Part shown: piece after piece, positions 39,404 to 54,112 of the stretch
How positions within the stretch are numbered: the first letter of the stretch is position 1
Layout: each line of letters begins with the position of its first letter
Source: Nymphaea colorata
Taxonomy: Eukaryota
Reading direction: 5' to 3'
Length of the DNA: 64,000 nucleotides
Assembly (NCBI RefSeq): GCF_008831285.2
Contig: NC_045138.2
Coordinates: 15,314,001-15,378,000 of the forward strand
Notes under the pieces: model-generated
Databases searched by the model: none
Told to the model about the DNA's origin: nothing
What the model saw: the letters and a program-made list of their open reading frames with translations, nothing else
Made by a program: the position numbers and the translations under genes

Positions 39404-39978
39404 GATAGATAGATAGATAGATGCAACCCATGTGTATTTGGAAGAATAAATCTGTGCTTGAAGGTCACATGCATTGATTGATGATAGGTATGATTTGGGT
39501 GGGACAAGAAGTTGGTGCTTGCCAGTTTTCATGGTAGGTTAGCAATTTTTTTAACATATACTTATAGAGAGAGAAAGAAGGATATATATATATATATATA
39601 CATAGATAGATAGATAGGTGAGCAGGGGAGCACAGCAATCCAGGGTGGGTACGGTTAAGGAAGCACAAAAAGAAGCGGCCGCATCTGCAGAAAAGAGAAA
39701 AGAAATTAAGAAAGAGTTCAGTGTAAGGGGATGAAGGAGGCAGGGGAATATGTGAGTGTGGGAATTTGGGAGAGATTCTCTCCTACCTCCTCCCCTCTCA
39801 AAAGCCGGGGACAAGGAAGATGGGAATGGCGATGCAATTTTTAATGCAGAAAGTGGATGCTGCTTTTTAAGCATAATCTCCTTTCCCTTTTCCCCCTTCC
39901 TTTCGACCCTGATCCCAAAGCTTTTCCTCATCATACAAATTCATAATCTTCCTTGCTTTTCTTATGTTCATCCCAAAC

Positions 39979-40156
<178 letters not shown>

Positions 40157-43100
40157 AAGGGAGCTGTAAACAGCATTAGACATGCTTAATTTTCATTAAC
40201 ATGTTTATCCACCAAACCGTGCCTGAATTAGTTTGAACGCTACAGAAAACTTCATTCGAACCATCAATAATTAATGATTTGTTGCTCTTTTTGGAGCCAT
40301 GTAAGCATGAAAAACGCTTAATTTCTTAGTTCCTTACTAAATCCACTGTAAGATCATATTTAGATTGTTAGTTTATGCAAGAATGCATACAAATTATGAC
40401 GCCAAATCATGCAACTTTGACTACTGTAACACTTTTCTCCACTCCTTTTTCTAATTGAATCACGATGAAAAGGAAAATGAGGGACAAACTTCGTTGTGGG
40501 GAGTTAGGGAGTTACAATATAGTTTTGTGTGTGGTGTGTTTATCAAAATTCAGAACGAGAAAGTTCTATGCCAAATTGGCACAAATATTTTGAAATACTA
40601 AACAGTAAGTCCGTCAAGCAGCTACAAATAAGCAAACTAATCAGGAGGTATTCTGAAAAATAACAGTTGAAAGAGATTAAAGCAAAGAATGAGTAGCACA
40701 ATAAAAGAATAACTAATGAAATATATTTCAAATTTCAGAACTCTGCTTCATTACTAATGGACCGTAAGGTTTTAAATGGAGGAAAGTTGGATCAATGAAT
40801 TTGGATACAGTTCTACAGATCTACGTCTCTTTGGATTCAATTATACAGGTCTGGATCCCTTCACTTGGATTCTCACATTCTGAATCTAATAGATATGTTA
40901 CATAATGGTACTAACTGCATGTGGCAATTAACCTTCTCATCACATGGAAAGATGTCCTCAGTGAAAAGAAAGTAAAAAGTGAGATATTTCTAAACATAGT
41001 GAAAAATACTCTTAAAAAGGAAGACAAAATGAAGATTTTTTTTTTATCAAAAGCATTCAGTCACACATTTTTCCATCACAACCTTTCCGTGGGTCTCTAC
41101 AGCAACTCATTTTGCATTTTTGCCTGGTTATATATATATATATATAGGCGGAGAGAGGATTTTTGTAAAAATTAAACGGTCCAATGAACTTATCCTAGTA
41201 GGGTCAAACTAAACCCGAATCTAAAAAATACAATACCCAAATAAAAATTTTCAATTTTTATAATGTAAATATATATATAACTTGTACTTGAGGCAAGATT
41301 TTTTTCTTGACACATCCTACTCAGATTCAGATGCAAGGCTTGGAAAGGTTCCCTCAAATTATTTACTATATCTTGGTGATACGTGTGCATTTTTTGTACC
41401 ACAATGGCCGTCAACATAATGTATTCTGAGCCCCAACTCACATGAAGACAACGCCTCTATGTTGGTCATAAATAATTTTCTTTTGTCTTGGCAGAAATGT
41501 GGTCAGAAAGGTGCATATGGTTGTATTATATATAGTGCATATATGTGGAAGCACACTCGTTATGTCAATATCCCCAACTTTGTGACAACCAATAATAAGC
41601 TTCATTTATTAACAAATCTTTTTTTTTTTAATTTTTGGTTTAATAGACTATATTATCCCTTTCTCCTTTCATCAAATTTGAGGTTCCCTTTTAAAGAAAA
41701 ATGTATATTATTATGTTAAAATTTTATTAAAAAAATAAGCTACGGGACCTCAGAATATTGGATTGTTGGGTCGGCGGTGCTTGCACACATACATGCCTTT
41801 AGTTGCCACTTTATATGGTGTTTCTAGAGCATATCCAACATGGGGCGGCGACATTATTCCAAAAATGTTAAATAATTTCTGCTTTTTTGGGGTAGTGTAA
41901 AGGGAAAAAATATGCAAATCTTGAGCTGCCTCCTTTTTCTTTAAAGAGAAAAACAATAAAGATCTTTTCTTTTTGGGCTTTATCCCTCGCATTTGGAGGC
42001 GGAAATACTCGATCTTAACGAAAGTTTTTGCATTGTTGGTGAAACATTTTGACTACCAAATATAATTGATCGGCCGTGTCCAATTGAATGAATTGGTCTA
42101 CTTCTTATTTTCAACTGAAAAACGAAAGATAATTGAATATCATCAATCCTTCTCAAAAACAAGAAAATGATCAAGATTCACATGGACCCTCCTTGGTGTC
42201 ACTTGGCTCTTGCGTTTTTAGTATTTGAATCCTTGATAGGCATAGTTCGTCGGACCAGTAACTTAATCTTTCAATTTATAATTTTTAATACAGATTCATG
42301 AAACAGTAGCAAACTATTGTTAATGTTAAACTGACACAATTGTTTGCTCATATATTGGATTGCAAACCTGCTGCCTCACGAGGCGCATCTTGCTATTTTC
42401 ATCTTTTAGGGCGTGTTTGAATCAGTGGACGGAGTGTCCACAAGTTTTGATTGAATACTCCATCTCAACCGTATAAGGTGTTAATCAAACACAAGAAGCC
42501 ACATTGCAAACGAGGCATCTTGGACAGAACAACACAAACAGCCACCCAGTTTCTTCTTTTTCATAAATTACAACAAGAAAACCCTAATATCTCTGGCCTG
42601 CACACAAAAAAAAGTATGTTATCTTGTCCCTCAAAAATTTTTTAAAACAAAAATGCATACTCACTGGTATTGAACTCTAGACCGCTTTCTACTATAAGTT
42701 TGACAACTCATATGACTAGGGACAGCCAGCCAAAATATTTGTAAAGGAAGGGGTCACATTGCGGTTTCATATAAAATACGAAGGTAGCATTTTTGAAAAC
42801 TTTCATAGAAGAAATTCAAAAACTTTCATACTTTCTTTATAATAAGTTAAGTATACATGGGTACTTGGACACATTTGGATACTTTTTAGATCGAAACAAA
42901 CCCAAACTGCTTAATTTACTTGATTTATTTTTTTCAACTCAGTTTTTGTTCTGTTTTTATAGTTATTGTTCATCAACATGTAACTTATTTATTTATATCA
43001 CTTGTTTATTTAAATGTTGCTTATATATATATATATATATATATCTTCATACTCACTTTTTTTTAAAAGTTGTAGTGTCTACACCCATATCTTGTACCAA

Positions 43101-46100
43101 TGCCCCGAACCCATGTGATTTAGATGATAAGTCACACAAATGGTAATGTAATCTTCGTTTTTTTCTTTTCCTTTTTTTATTCAACCTATTCTTATATACG
43201 TGGAGATCTAGGGAATGTTCTTATTTGGGATTGATATATAACCTCACATTATTCTATCAAGACAAATTTGTAAACTGAAAGCATCCCCTGCTTTTTGTCA
43301 AGTGTAAAAATCGTTCCTTACTATTTAAAGTCACTGCTGGCATCTTTCAAAGATATTAAACATGGAGACAAAGTTTCCACAGCTTGAAACTTTTACAGAC
43401 TTTAACAAAAGGCACTGAGAAGGAAACGAAAAGAAAGGGGCTCTAAGTCGTTTTTTAAACCAATAAGGAATAATACCCATTAAATCAATCTCCATTGTTT
43501 GTCAAGTACAAAGGAGACATATATACAGAGAGCACTTATACCCACTTATAAAATGTTCGCCATTTTTCTACAAATGATATGTTTTTGGTTCATTCAACTT
43601 TATAGATACGAACTGCATACTTGTTTAGAGAAAATCAATTTAAACACATGGTTACAGCATATAAGAAATTAAGTATTCTAATGTGTTGCAAAATCAATTA
43701 TTCACATTGTTAATGTCTATGACTAGAAAGTTCAAGTCAAAACAACATTATCTCAAAGATAAACACTTAAATAAATATCGTTCAGCATATATAAAGTTTA
43801 GACTTCTAGTTATGGTTTTGACAACATTAAAAAAAAAAAAAAAACTTGAAGTATAAAAGTAAAAATGGGAAATTTTTGTAGAAATTTTTTTAAGAGCTTC
43901 CATTTGTTTCCCTTGTGTGCACATAAATTGTGGTAAATTCATGTATAGCAACCTCAGTTTCTAAAGGCAAGTGCTCTTCCTTTTGATCATTTGCTAGGCT
44001 GTCCTCTTATGTTGATCTTGCCCTCTAAACTTGTAGAATTAACTGACATTATATAAGTAAACATTAATGTCATCTAAAATATTTCAAAACTCAAGTGGTT
44101 ACGCATAAATTTGCCATATATTGACTTGGATTTGAGAGTTTCTCTATTTGAAGAAAGAAAGTTTTTTAACTTAATTATTTTAATTAAGAACCATTCAAAA
44201 TGACATGCTAACTAACATTTGGCATAAGCGCATATAGCTCCCACAAAAACTTTATGTATTTCATTACAGTTCTTTTTTCTTTGGGTTTTTTCCTTTAAAA
44301 ATGATGCACCTTTTATGGGGTGCTTCGGTCTTAAGCAAGGTAGAAATTGGTTTAAGTAAAAGCGAAAGGAAAAGGGATTACAAACTGCTGAGTCACACTG
44401 AGTTGTGGTTTTCAATGGCGATAGAAGTTATTCAAGTTTGGTCAAAAGTTGGGTAACAGCAAAAAGCAAAGATAGAAAAGAGAAAAGGAGGAAAGCTTGA
44501 ACCGCACAAGGCAGATTGTAGATCACAAGAGACGAAAAATTGAATGATTTTGAATAAAGGTTTTGGAAATGATGACGATGCTTTTCGCCATTTGTAGGAG
44601 CTTTCCAAATTTTTTTTCTTCTTCTTTTTTTGGGCTTATCATGCATCCAATTATTGGATTTTCGAATGGAACATCTACTTTTTGGCTATGCAACTTTTAA
44701 ATAACATTTCACACACACACACACACATATATATTCATTTATTTTGTTGATTTAGTAAACAACCTTCTTTACATTGACTACATCAAATGATCAAGACAAG
44801 GGTGTGGGATTTTTTCACACATAAATGCTATTCAAAGGATCCAAAGGACCATGTTAATGGGTGTTGTGGCAAACCGTCATGCATAATGGTTGAAGCTTAA
44901 TTTTTGGTAATTTGCTCATAGATCAAAGCCAAAGGTCTGAATTTTATATTATGAAATTAGAGTTGCTATAAAATCTTGATGTTATATGCAGTGGAGCAGA
45001 AACTGCGTGTAAACAGATACAGTATATCGGATTTCCAATCTGATTTCCGATTTTCGATCCGTTCCAGATGGATCTAATAAAGAAATCAAGATACAATCAC
45101 CAATCACGAATCAAAATCTGCGTCCGATACTGAACTGGGATTCGAAAATGATCTGCAGTGTTTATACATAAATGCCAAGTCAGGTCTGGATTCTGCTTAA
45201 GAAATGGGGTTGGAACCCAATCCAATTATGTAGAATGCAATCCAGTTGGTTTCAGTAAACGCTGGATCCAAGCCGAATTCGAACTGTTATCAGAATCAAG
45301 AAAAAGAAATGAACAAGACAAAACATGTAGAGTACTTTTGCATGTATGTAGTGGAAATGAAGTTCATTGTCTAGAACATTTGAAAAGGGTCATCCACATT
45401 CTTAGTGGGTTATTAATCTTGCATTATTTATACAAGTTTGTGGATAGTCATAGATCTAAAGAAAGAAGTCAAACCATTATATGTAAAAACAACTCCATAA
45501 ATAAACATGGGGAATGCAACTTTTGATATGGCAGATATGAATATTAGGAAATCTTGCTTTTGTTAATATACCATGTCAGCGAATAAATAGCACGCATGCC
45601 GGTTGGATTCCGGCAAGTCGAATTTTGGAAAGAGTTGTAGGTCCGAACTCATTGTTGTATACCTAATAATCAAATCTATAAAATCTGTTTTATTACAGAG
45701 AGCACAAGGTTATGAGATCCAGATGGGACGACCATAAGGGATGCACATGCATAATCGCTTGCTAAATTCTAGGTCCGAATCTTGTTAGCCACTCAATTTC
45801 ATCATGCTAAGCAAATCTAGTAAGATGGAACAAAAGTCAAGGAACTTGATGCAAAGAATAAAACTCGATTTGTTAGTGATAGAAATCTATTCATTGCTCA
45901 TATGCGTTTCCATAGTGGAAAATCACTAGCTAGTTTGCTTTCTGTCAGCATTTTTCAGTAAAATTATCCAATGCCACAATCGCGATTGCACCGATTTCAT
46001 TGGAACAACTTCTCAATATTGTGGCATAGAACAATTAGAACACGGCAATAAATGATTGTTCCTGTGACTACCTTGATGAGAAAGATATCTGTAGCATACC

Positions 46101-48960
46101 TCTTTCATGGAAACCTGTAACTGTGTTCATTAGCAACTCGCAAGAGAAACTCTTTGGAAAATGAAACCGATACATATCATGTGAAAATTTTCGGGAATTT
46201 TTCTTTTTTGGTTGGATGGTACCAATACTAGTACAACTACCTGCGTCTTGCAGATGAAATTTTCTTAATGAAGAGGAAAATCTTATCGTCTTCTCTCAGA
46301 TTCATGTGGTGGGATGGCAATGGCTTCAAAAGTATAACAAAATACAGAAGAAAGTCACGTGAAAGGATAATATATAATTGATACTGCAAACCGTTTTCCT
46401 TTTCAAATTGGCAAGAATTAGGCAAATCCGTGCCAGTTTTATGCAGAAAGAAGCACACTAGGCTACTGTTGACCTCCTGCTGGTTGAAAGTTGAAGGGCT
46501 TAAGGGCTAAGAACAGTTCTCTGGCCAGATGTACCCAGCTCTTGTTGTGGGCTCTGATTTTGGTATTGCTATTCCATGAAGATCTTTCAGGTCTTCCAGG
46601 AAAAGAGGCAGTACCTGCTTATTGATATGCTGTGTCCAGCAACTTCTGTCACGGTTTACACAATCAAGCGTAAAACTAGATGGACATTTCCACCAATAAA
46701 ATTGGTCGTGCAGTAATGGGATTCTGTAATCATCATCGATGCTAGTCAAGAATCTGCCTTGTGGCAGAAGAGTTGGGAGCTTCTTTTACAACTTTTCTTC
46801 AAAGTCTCTGTCATTACCGTTAATAAGTTTGATCTAAAAGACAATTTCATGGTGTAGCATGTTTTACTTATAAAAACTGATCATGATTTTAAGGAAGTCC
46901 AATTGGTTTTGAACGTTGAGTTGAGTCGAATTTCAAAGAATAGATGTCTAACCATGAGTCCCCTGCTTTATCTAGTTTCTCATGTTAGGTTACCGACTGG
47001 TCTAGTTGCACTTAATATCTTGACCATTCTGGTCATGCTAATGAAGAGGGTTGTTTCAATTCCTTTGCAGTAAGAGGAAACGAAAGCTGTTCCAAACCCT
47101 GCTCAATTCAGTAGGTCGATCTTTTTTCTTGGACGTTACTGGAACTTAAATAGAACCGTCGTGTTGAAATTCGAGTATTAGACAGAACAAGTAAAATATT
47201 TTTTTTGCACACAGCGAGAATCTTGTAAGGAAATTTTGATCATCTCTTCCATGACAAACTCGATTAAACAGAGAAATTTATTGGTTCGTGAGATCTTTCT
47301 AATCAACATATGGATCCAATATTTGCTATTGACCAATAAAAAGGCAAAAGCAAATGCTGTGTTCCAATGACTTGGGAAACAACCTGACTGCTGCTTGCAT
47401 ATTTCATAGCTGAAGAATCAATGAATTACAATGAAACGATTGTGGAGGATTAAGCTTCAGTCGTATTTCTGAAGCTTCTAACAGCAGGCATCAAGATTGA
47501 GAATTGACCGCAGTGATCACGGATTAGGAATTTTATCAAGCAGTATTTTGGTACCACAACCCAGAAGCTCCATTTATAAAGGTCTAGTGAAGTTCCAATC
47601 CTTAATCCTTCGAGCACAGTAACCCAGTAAGAGTGGCTGCTAGAGTTACCTCCAAATAATGAGCTAGAAGGCTGCAGACAGAGAAGAACAAAATGGCAAT
47701 AGGAACACAGGCTTCAAGACATCTACAGCGCAATTGATTTCTCAACGACAAGTATACATGCTATTTTTCCACAGTGAAGAAGCAGCATACATGCATACGA
47801 ACTCTTCTTTCAGTGGAAGTCACGCTTATGTAGTTATAGGGGTATGAATTAAGACCAGGAAGCAATATGAAAATCTCAACTTTAAAGGAGCCATTAAAAC
47901 TTTTTCTAGACCCCAGAAACAGAAACCAAGTATTTTCTGCCCCGGATTGTTTGGTACTGGAATCGATGATTTCCATAACTGAGGATTGCGCATCCTGATC
48001 CACTCTTGTTCCGGTCTCCGGGAAAATGACTTTCCGGTGGGAAGGAACCAGATAATATTTGCAATAGTTCAAATGCGAGCAGGCAAAAAGACAGCACATG
48101 GTCCAGACTATGCGCAATGCAATGCTTGTACGCCCTTCCAAAGAGGGGAAGTGGATAATTAAAGCTTGGTCCTGTGACTTCGATGTCTACAGTGAGAAAA
48201 CTTCCAGAAAAGGGGAAAAAAATTCCAAAGTTACATTTCAAGACATACTAACGGGCATATTATTATTTGGTATACTTAAAGTTCACATACATAAACCAAT
48301 TTGGCATATCACCAAAAGATTTTGTTTAGGTGCATGTGATACTTGTAGTACAAAGATGCCATGCACTTCCCAACGAGCTAGATGGCACAGCTCTTCTTTA
48401 ATAGGATAGCATGTGACTGGAGACGGAAAACTTGGCAGCAATTCCGTCTAAAGAGAGTCTAGTTAAGGAACTTCTGTCAGGGAAAGCTTCATCAACCATC
48501 AAGGTGGAAAGATAAGAATAAAAAAAGGAAGATGATGACAGGAAGCTGCATCAATTTGGTATCGAAGAAGTGTAGTACTGTCGGAGAACACGCAAAGGAT
48601 CGGAATGCAGCTTGACTCGAACAGTTTGATGAAAAGCAGAACTCGTGGAACATAATGGAAAACGAGCTTGAAGCTGCTTTTACTGTCGCTCTTAAAAAGA
48701 CTTTACGGTATGGCTCGGGTTTGGATGCTTAAATGTTCATCAATGTAAACGAAGTATATAAAACATGAGACTTTATAAATAGACGGCATTCAAATTACAG
48801 ATTTTTCAACTTCAAAAATTACTTTCATGATCAACCCATTTGGCCCTCGAACAAGAAAAATGAACCCAAAAAAAAAAAAATGTACCAATGTTAATAATTT
48901 CGTGAACTTAGTCAAGATAAGAACATTTTCGGACGAAGAACGTCCTGAAATTCAGCAGAT

Positions 48961-50334
48961 CTACTGCTGACACGTCTGCGGCCTGAATCCGATCCGCTCC
49001 TTCACGATGTCGTACGTTATGTAGTAATCCTGCTGCTGATAATTCCCGAGGATGACCGCAGGCCCCACCGTCCCCTCGCCGACGGCGCCGATGACCGTCA
49101 GGCAGATGGCGTCAGTTTCCCCTACGAACGAAAAGTAGTTCTTCAGCGGCAGCGTCAAGACGGCGCCGCCGTCGAAGTGGAGCGCCATCGCCGGCAAGGC
49201 CACCGTTTTCCGGCGGCCGACCTCGAAGCACGGCCGCAGGCCAGACTGCTTCTCCACTGCCACCGCCCGCCGGTATCCCCTAACCTGGCTCGCGAACGCC
49301 GCCGCCAGCCGATCGTGGGTGCCGCCCTCCATGACGGTGAAGCTCGTCCCGGAGTCGATGATCGTCCCGCCGTTGCCGTCCGGCCGCAAAGGCGGCACAT
49401 CCACGGCGACGCTGCCCACGGTGACCTTCCTCAGCCCGACGTAGTAGTAGGCGCCGAAGCGCGCCGGGCTCCTCAGGAACGGCGTGAAGGTCAGGCCTCG
49501 CGAGGCAGCCGGATTTTCACCGAGAACCAGGGTGCCGTAAGCCCCGCGAACATCGTCGAGGCGGTGGGAAGGGAGGCAGTAGGAGAAGGACCCGACGCCC
49601 AATTGGGACGGGAAGGAGGGCTGGCCGCGGCCGAAACCGGCAACTCCGGTCTCCTGGTGGTCGGAGAACACGGAGCAGCCGACAGCGAAATTCGCCACCG
49701 GTTTCCCCGGGAGAGACAGGGTCTCCGACAGGAGGATGCCGCCGGTGGCGGCGGATCCGTAAAGGACGAAATAAGGTGGGCAGACGGAGGAGGAGGAGCA
49801 GTTGGAGGGGAGACGGCTGTGGATCCAGCGGCACTTGGGGTTGCGGCAGCCGACGAGGCGGGCAGATGAGGAGGACTTGGGGATGAATGGCGGGAATGCA
49901 GAAACTGGTGAGCGGCAGTTTCTGCAACGGAAACTGTGGGAACAAGGGAACCAGACGAGGGTGCTGCCGGTGTCGAGGACGAAGGGGAGCGGCTGGGCAG
50001 GGGTGCCGAACCTCAGCCCGATGACGTACTCACCGGAGCTCCGGGGGGCGACGTTCGTGGTCGCGACCTCCGAGGCGGCGATTGGCTGCCCATCGCCGTG
50101 GTAGTGGTGGCGGTTCTTCAGGTGGTGGGCTCGGGCGAGCGAGAACTCCGCGAGCTGGGAGAGCTTGGCCCATGGGTCGTTGGCTGGGAAGGAGGGCTGC
50201 TTCTGAGTCAAGTTCAGGGTTAGAGTTTGCGGGGTGGCGAAGGGGAAGAAGAGGTGGAGGAGGAAAAGGAAGACGGGAGCGGACATTGTGGCCGTTGGTG
50301 GTGAACAGAGTGGGGATGGTGGCGGTGCGGCCAT
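48961..50334 (-). CDS. Secreted A1-family aspartic protease (nepenthesin-like, TAXi_N/TAXi_C fold), 457 aa, intronless
   Basis: Signal-peptide-like N-terminus, GEYVIGLRFGTPAQ, catalytic DTGS and DSGT motifs, Cys-rich insert (WFPC..C..C..VGCRNPKC), FSYCL, YYYVGL and a C-terminal ILGNYQQQ..YD..RIGF..C. Confidence 0.95.
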   Translation of the reverse strand: MAAPPPSPLCSPPTATMSAPVFLFLLHLFFPFATPQTLTLNLTQKQPSFPANDPWAKLSQLAEFSLARAHHLKNRHHYHGDGQPIAASEVATTNVAPRSSGEYVIGLRFGTPAQPLPFVLDTGSTLVWFPCSHSFRCRNCRSPVSAFPPFIPKSSSSARLVGCRNPKCRWIHSRLPSNCSSSSVCPPYFVLYGSAATGGILLSETLSLPGKPVANFAVGCSVFSDHQETGVAGFGRGQPSFPSQLGVGSFSYCLPSHRLDDVRGAYGTLVLGENPAASRGLTFTPFLRSPARFGAYYYVGLRKVTVGSVAVDVPPLRPDGNGGTIIDSGTSFTVMEGGTHDRLAAAFASQVRGYRRAVAVEKQSGLRPCFEVGRRKTVALPAMALHFDGGAVLTLPLKNYFSFVGETDAICLTVIGAVGEGTVGPAVILGNYQQQDYYITYDIVKERIGFRPQTCQQ

Positions 50335-50463
50335 GAAAGCGTTTAGAGAGGCGTTCGCCTGATGGGTGGAGCCCTGAAGTCCTTGCCCTTCAATTTCGCT
50401 AAAATATCGTGAACGCCATTCCGTCCCTCCAAACGGGTTTCGGGTCGACTCGGAGAATTTGAT

Positions 50464-50672
50464 ATTTATAAAAGCGATATCTCATAAAACAACCGGATCA
50501 TGAATCAGGGAAAACGGTTTAGACGATCCGAGCCATGGGGGATAGGGCAAAGGGGGGTAGCCTAGTAATTCTACTGAAGAGCTCGGGGTGAAGAAGCGAC
50601 GGCTGCTCTCTGTGTGTGTGTGTCTGTGTGTGTGTGTGGACCACGGATGGCGATGACGTGACGGTGACGTCA
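50464..50672 (-). promoter_or_regulatory. Putative promoter of the aspartic protease: TATA box and TGACG cluster
   Basis: TATAAAT on the minus strand at ~50464-50470, about 130 bp upstream of the ATG. Three TGACG motifs at 50654, 50659 and 50665, the last a perfect TGACGTCA palindrome. Confidence 0.45.
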
Positions 50673-53125
50673 CCCATCTTCTACGTTCTTTTGTCCGTAC
50701 GCGGCCGCCGGGAGCAGGAGCATGTGGGTTTTAGAGGGAGTGGTGTGGCCGGAGGCAGTTCGGGGCATGGGGGTCCCCATCCATGTGGATCTAAGACTAT
50801 AGGATACGCCGGATCCAAGTTAGCCGCATTTTAATATAGATCTAAGATTATAGATGTCTGAATCTCAATCTCATATGGAGGAGCTGGATCTGCTTCACCT
50901 AATCCTCTAAAAGTAAAAGTAAAAGGAGTTCCAAATTCACCATGGAAAGTCGGTTCACATTACGGGTCCACAACCTTTTGCCTCCAATGGTTTAAATAAT
51001 TGCTGGTTAAGTTAATGCCACCTAAACGGCATCATGTGGCTAGCGGGCTCCGACCAAGGTGAGTTCTTGTGTCATTAACACCAAAATTCAACGATTTATT
51101 ATTATTATTATTGTTGTTGTTGTTATTTCATAAATTTACTTTTAAATTCATGAAATACTTTTTAATGTGTTTCGGGGTAAATTTTGAGGACAATACCTAA
51201 AATCCACTTAATCAACTTATTCGAATCGAATATATGAGAAATCAACAGTCTTCCACAGCCGATTTTCTAGAACGCCATGCATTGATTTTTAAATTTTATC
51301 TTATAGTTAATGATTTTATTATGTTAAAATATTTAAAAAAAATCTTTTATTTTCCTAAAAAAGTATTTTTTTTTTGTTTTTATCAATAGGTTGGGCAGTG
51401 GATTGATCAGCCGATTCGTTTCATGAACCGATTTAGACAACGCTGGGTCACTCTATCGATTCAAATAACTAACTGATGGCACCAATAAATCGGTTAGAGA
51501 ATCAGATTGATTTGTGGCAGTTTCAATTACAATAAGCCAATTTTGACAACACAGAGAAGAAAAGGAAGAACAGGACAAACCTCCGGCGTCTGTTCCTCCT
51601 TCAATTTACAAGTCTTAATTATGGCCATACAAATGTCCGCAAGACCTACGCGTGTTCGGCAAGCTTGAATGATAACATTAATTGATTAGGTCAATGCAGT
51701 GAATTTTTTGCGTATAGTTGCACAGTTTATAGAGACCTTTTTAAGAAATTTAGTTTTTCCTCGATGGGTCACCTCGAGTTAAGAGAGATGCATTCACTGA
51801 GCTGTAAGTAATTGAAAAATAGATGTCTGCTCTTGAAATTGTAAGCTTTTTTCCACAAGCATAAAACTCTCAAGATCATACCTTTATGCTTCATAAGGTA
51901 AACATACATATGATACATCTTTTAAGTCTAGCATTGTGCTTGCTACTATTGATAACCCAAATAACTAATAAAGACAATTAATGTCTAAAAAGATTCGAGC
52001 TAAGCAATCGGACAGTGATGGCGGAAGCTTCGTGAAACCAGCGAATGGAAGATCCAAAGAAAATAAGCTCCTTCTTGTACGTGCAGAAAGGCAACGAAGT
52101 TAAGGAATAGCGACGGCCAAAACTTTTGCATCAAAGGCGTACGATGTGTCGAGGAAAAGTAATCAAGTCTCCAAAACTTTCAGGTAAGGTTCGTTTTCTT
52201 TTTGAATTTTTTGTTATTTTGATCCATTTGCTGATGAGGCTCTGGTAAAAGAGAGATATAAAGGGTGCTATGATAAATCTTTTGTTTGTGATTTTAGTTG
52301 CCAAATGTATCTTGAATGTATCAAGATCATCCATGTTTTTTCGAAGAAAAAATTGACAGAAAACTTAAAGTTTTATAATGTTTAGGCTTCTATTTTTAAA
52401 ATTTTGAACTTTTTCATAATTTTTTCGACTAAAGAAAAAAAAAAGAAACTTCACAAATTAATACCTCGAAAAAAAAACACCACCAATAAAAGCTTGACAA
52501 AGACATTTGCTAGCGACAGTGATGTGAACTAGCTTCCAAACTCCGGCTGCAGCATTAAACTGTCATAAAAGAGGGGAAGAGAGAGAACCAAGCCATCTTT
52601 ACGAGTACTGTGTCCTCACCAAAAAAAAAAAATGAAAGTTTTCTTGACTCATTGTAGAGATTATACGATGAGAGCCAGCAGAAGAGTTAAGTTATAAGAC
52701 CATCTCATACTCGAGCTGACATTTTCTGATAGTTTTGGAGTTCCAGAAAAGTTACCGATCTGGATCTTAAACGGATTTCGCAGCGGATTTGTTACCTGCC
52801 CTACTCTATTGACAGGACATGAACAGAAGATCCATTTTTGTTCCGTATACTGTGTTGGATCTTGATTCTGAACTAGTTAAGGCCATTTCTTCTTCTGCGT
52901 AATTTTCAGTTCAATCAATGTTGTTTGGATATCCAACCTCCGATTTCAGTCTTTTGGAAAGGCTCAAAACCTTATTAACGACTGAATGTGTTAGCGACAC
53001 AGCATCTGCAACGCTTTTTGTGGGGTTGTTTTTTCTCAACTCGATACCGTTCAGGCTTCTCCTATTATTTTCTTCAAATTGTGAGACTACATACCAAGTT
53101 CAACCCAATATTTAAAACTACTTTT

Positions 53126-53216
53126 TTAGATTTTGAATTCTGCTTTTATTTGGCACCTACTCCACACAGGTATTAGATTTTGAATTCTGCTTTTATTTGG
53201 CACCTACTCCACACAG
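53126..53216. repeat. 44-bp perfect direct duplication
   Basis: ttagattttgaattctgcttttatttggcacctactccacacag at 53126-53169 and 53173-53216. Confidence 0.9.
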
Positions 53217-54112
53217 ACACAGATATGAGGTCAGGGTATGGGAGCTAAAAGTGACAAACCAACATGCACCCACAGATCCACAAGCCACAGACATTATATA
53301 TATATATATATATATCCAACTCACTCACTCACTCTTAAATGTAGTCTGATCCATTGTCATTGAATATATGTACATATATATTAAGGTGGTTCAATCTATC
53401 ATAATGGAAGTTGAGATAAAAACGACAAGAAAAACATGTAAACTAATATTAGATAATGAAAACTCATCAATCTTTTCTTTTTATTTTCTCTTAACTATTC
53501 TTTATAATGGATTAAACAACTCTCTTGAGTGAACTAGGTGACTAGATAGTTAGAATCATCATCCAAAATCTATATATTTGCAAACGCTGGTTGTGTTCTC
53601 CTGTGTCTAGAGTCTGTATAGTCATTTGCTTTGTTATGTATTTCATTTGCTTATGTTGAGTCTTTGATTTATGTTTGAGTGTTCACCTACGAAGCACCCT
53701 CCAATCTAGTCCCAAGTGTATGTAATGGGATTCTTCGTTTGAAGTGGTCGGCAAGAATTTTGTAAGTAGCTTCAGCCAACCTTATGTAAGCAATTTGAGA
53801 TTATTCTCATTTCTTACATCCCTCATTATGTGTACGTTTTTCAAGAAAAATACATTGCGAGTTTTCTTTATTAGCACTATGTGTTCTTTATACACTTTGT
53901 TTTCCAAATGATCTCTGTGCCCCTTTTAAGGTTACAGACTGAAGTTGTCAGCTCGTGACAGTCTGTGTCCTTCGACAATATTGGGCCATCCAAGCATCCA
54001 GATCCTTTTTTTCTTTTGGGCTCCTAGACCTCTCTTTCTCTCTCTAAAAACATGTAGCACATGACCTATGCATTCACCCTTTCTCTCTGAGCTCTGAGCT
54101 CTTCTCTCCCTA

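Noticed and set aside
47958..48002. C/D-box snoRNA-like arrangement (tgga..gatgat..ctga..ctga tcca)
   Set aside because: Too short (~45 nt), with an imperfect C box and no identified rRNA guide.
49155..50336. Long alternative-frame and antisense ORFs over the aspartic protease
   Set aside because: Expected from stop-codon scarcity in GC-rich coding DNA.
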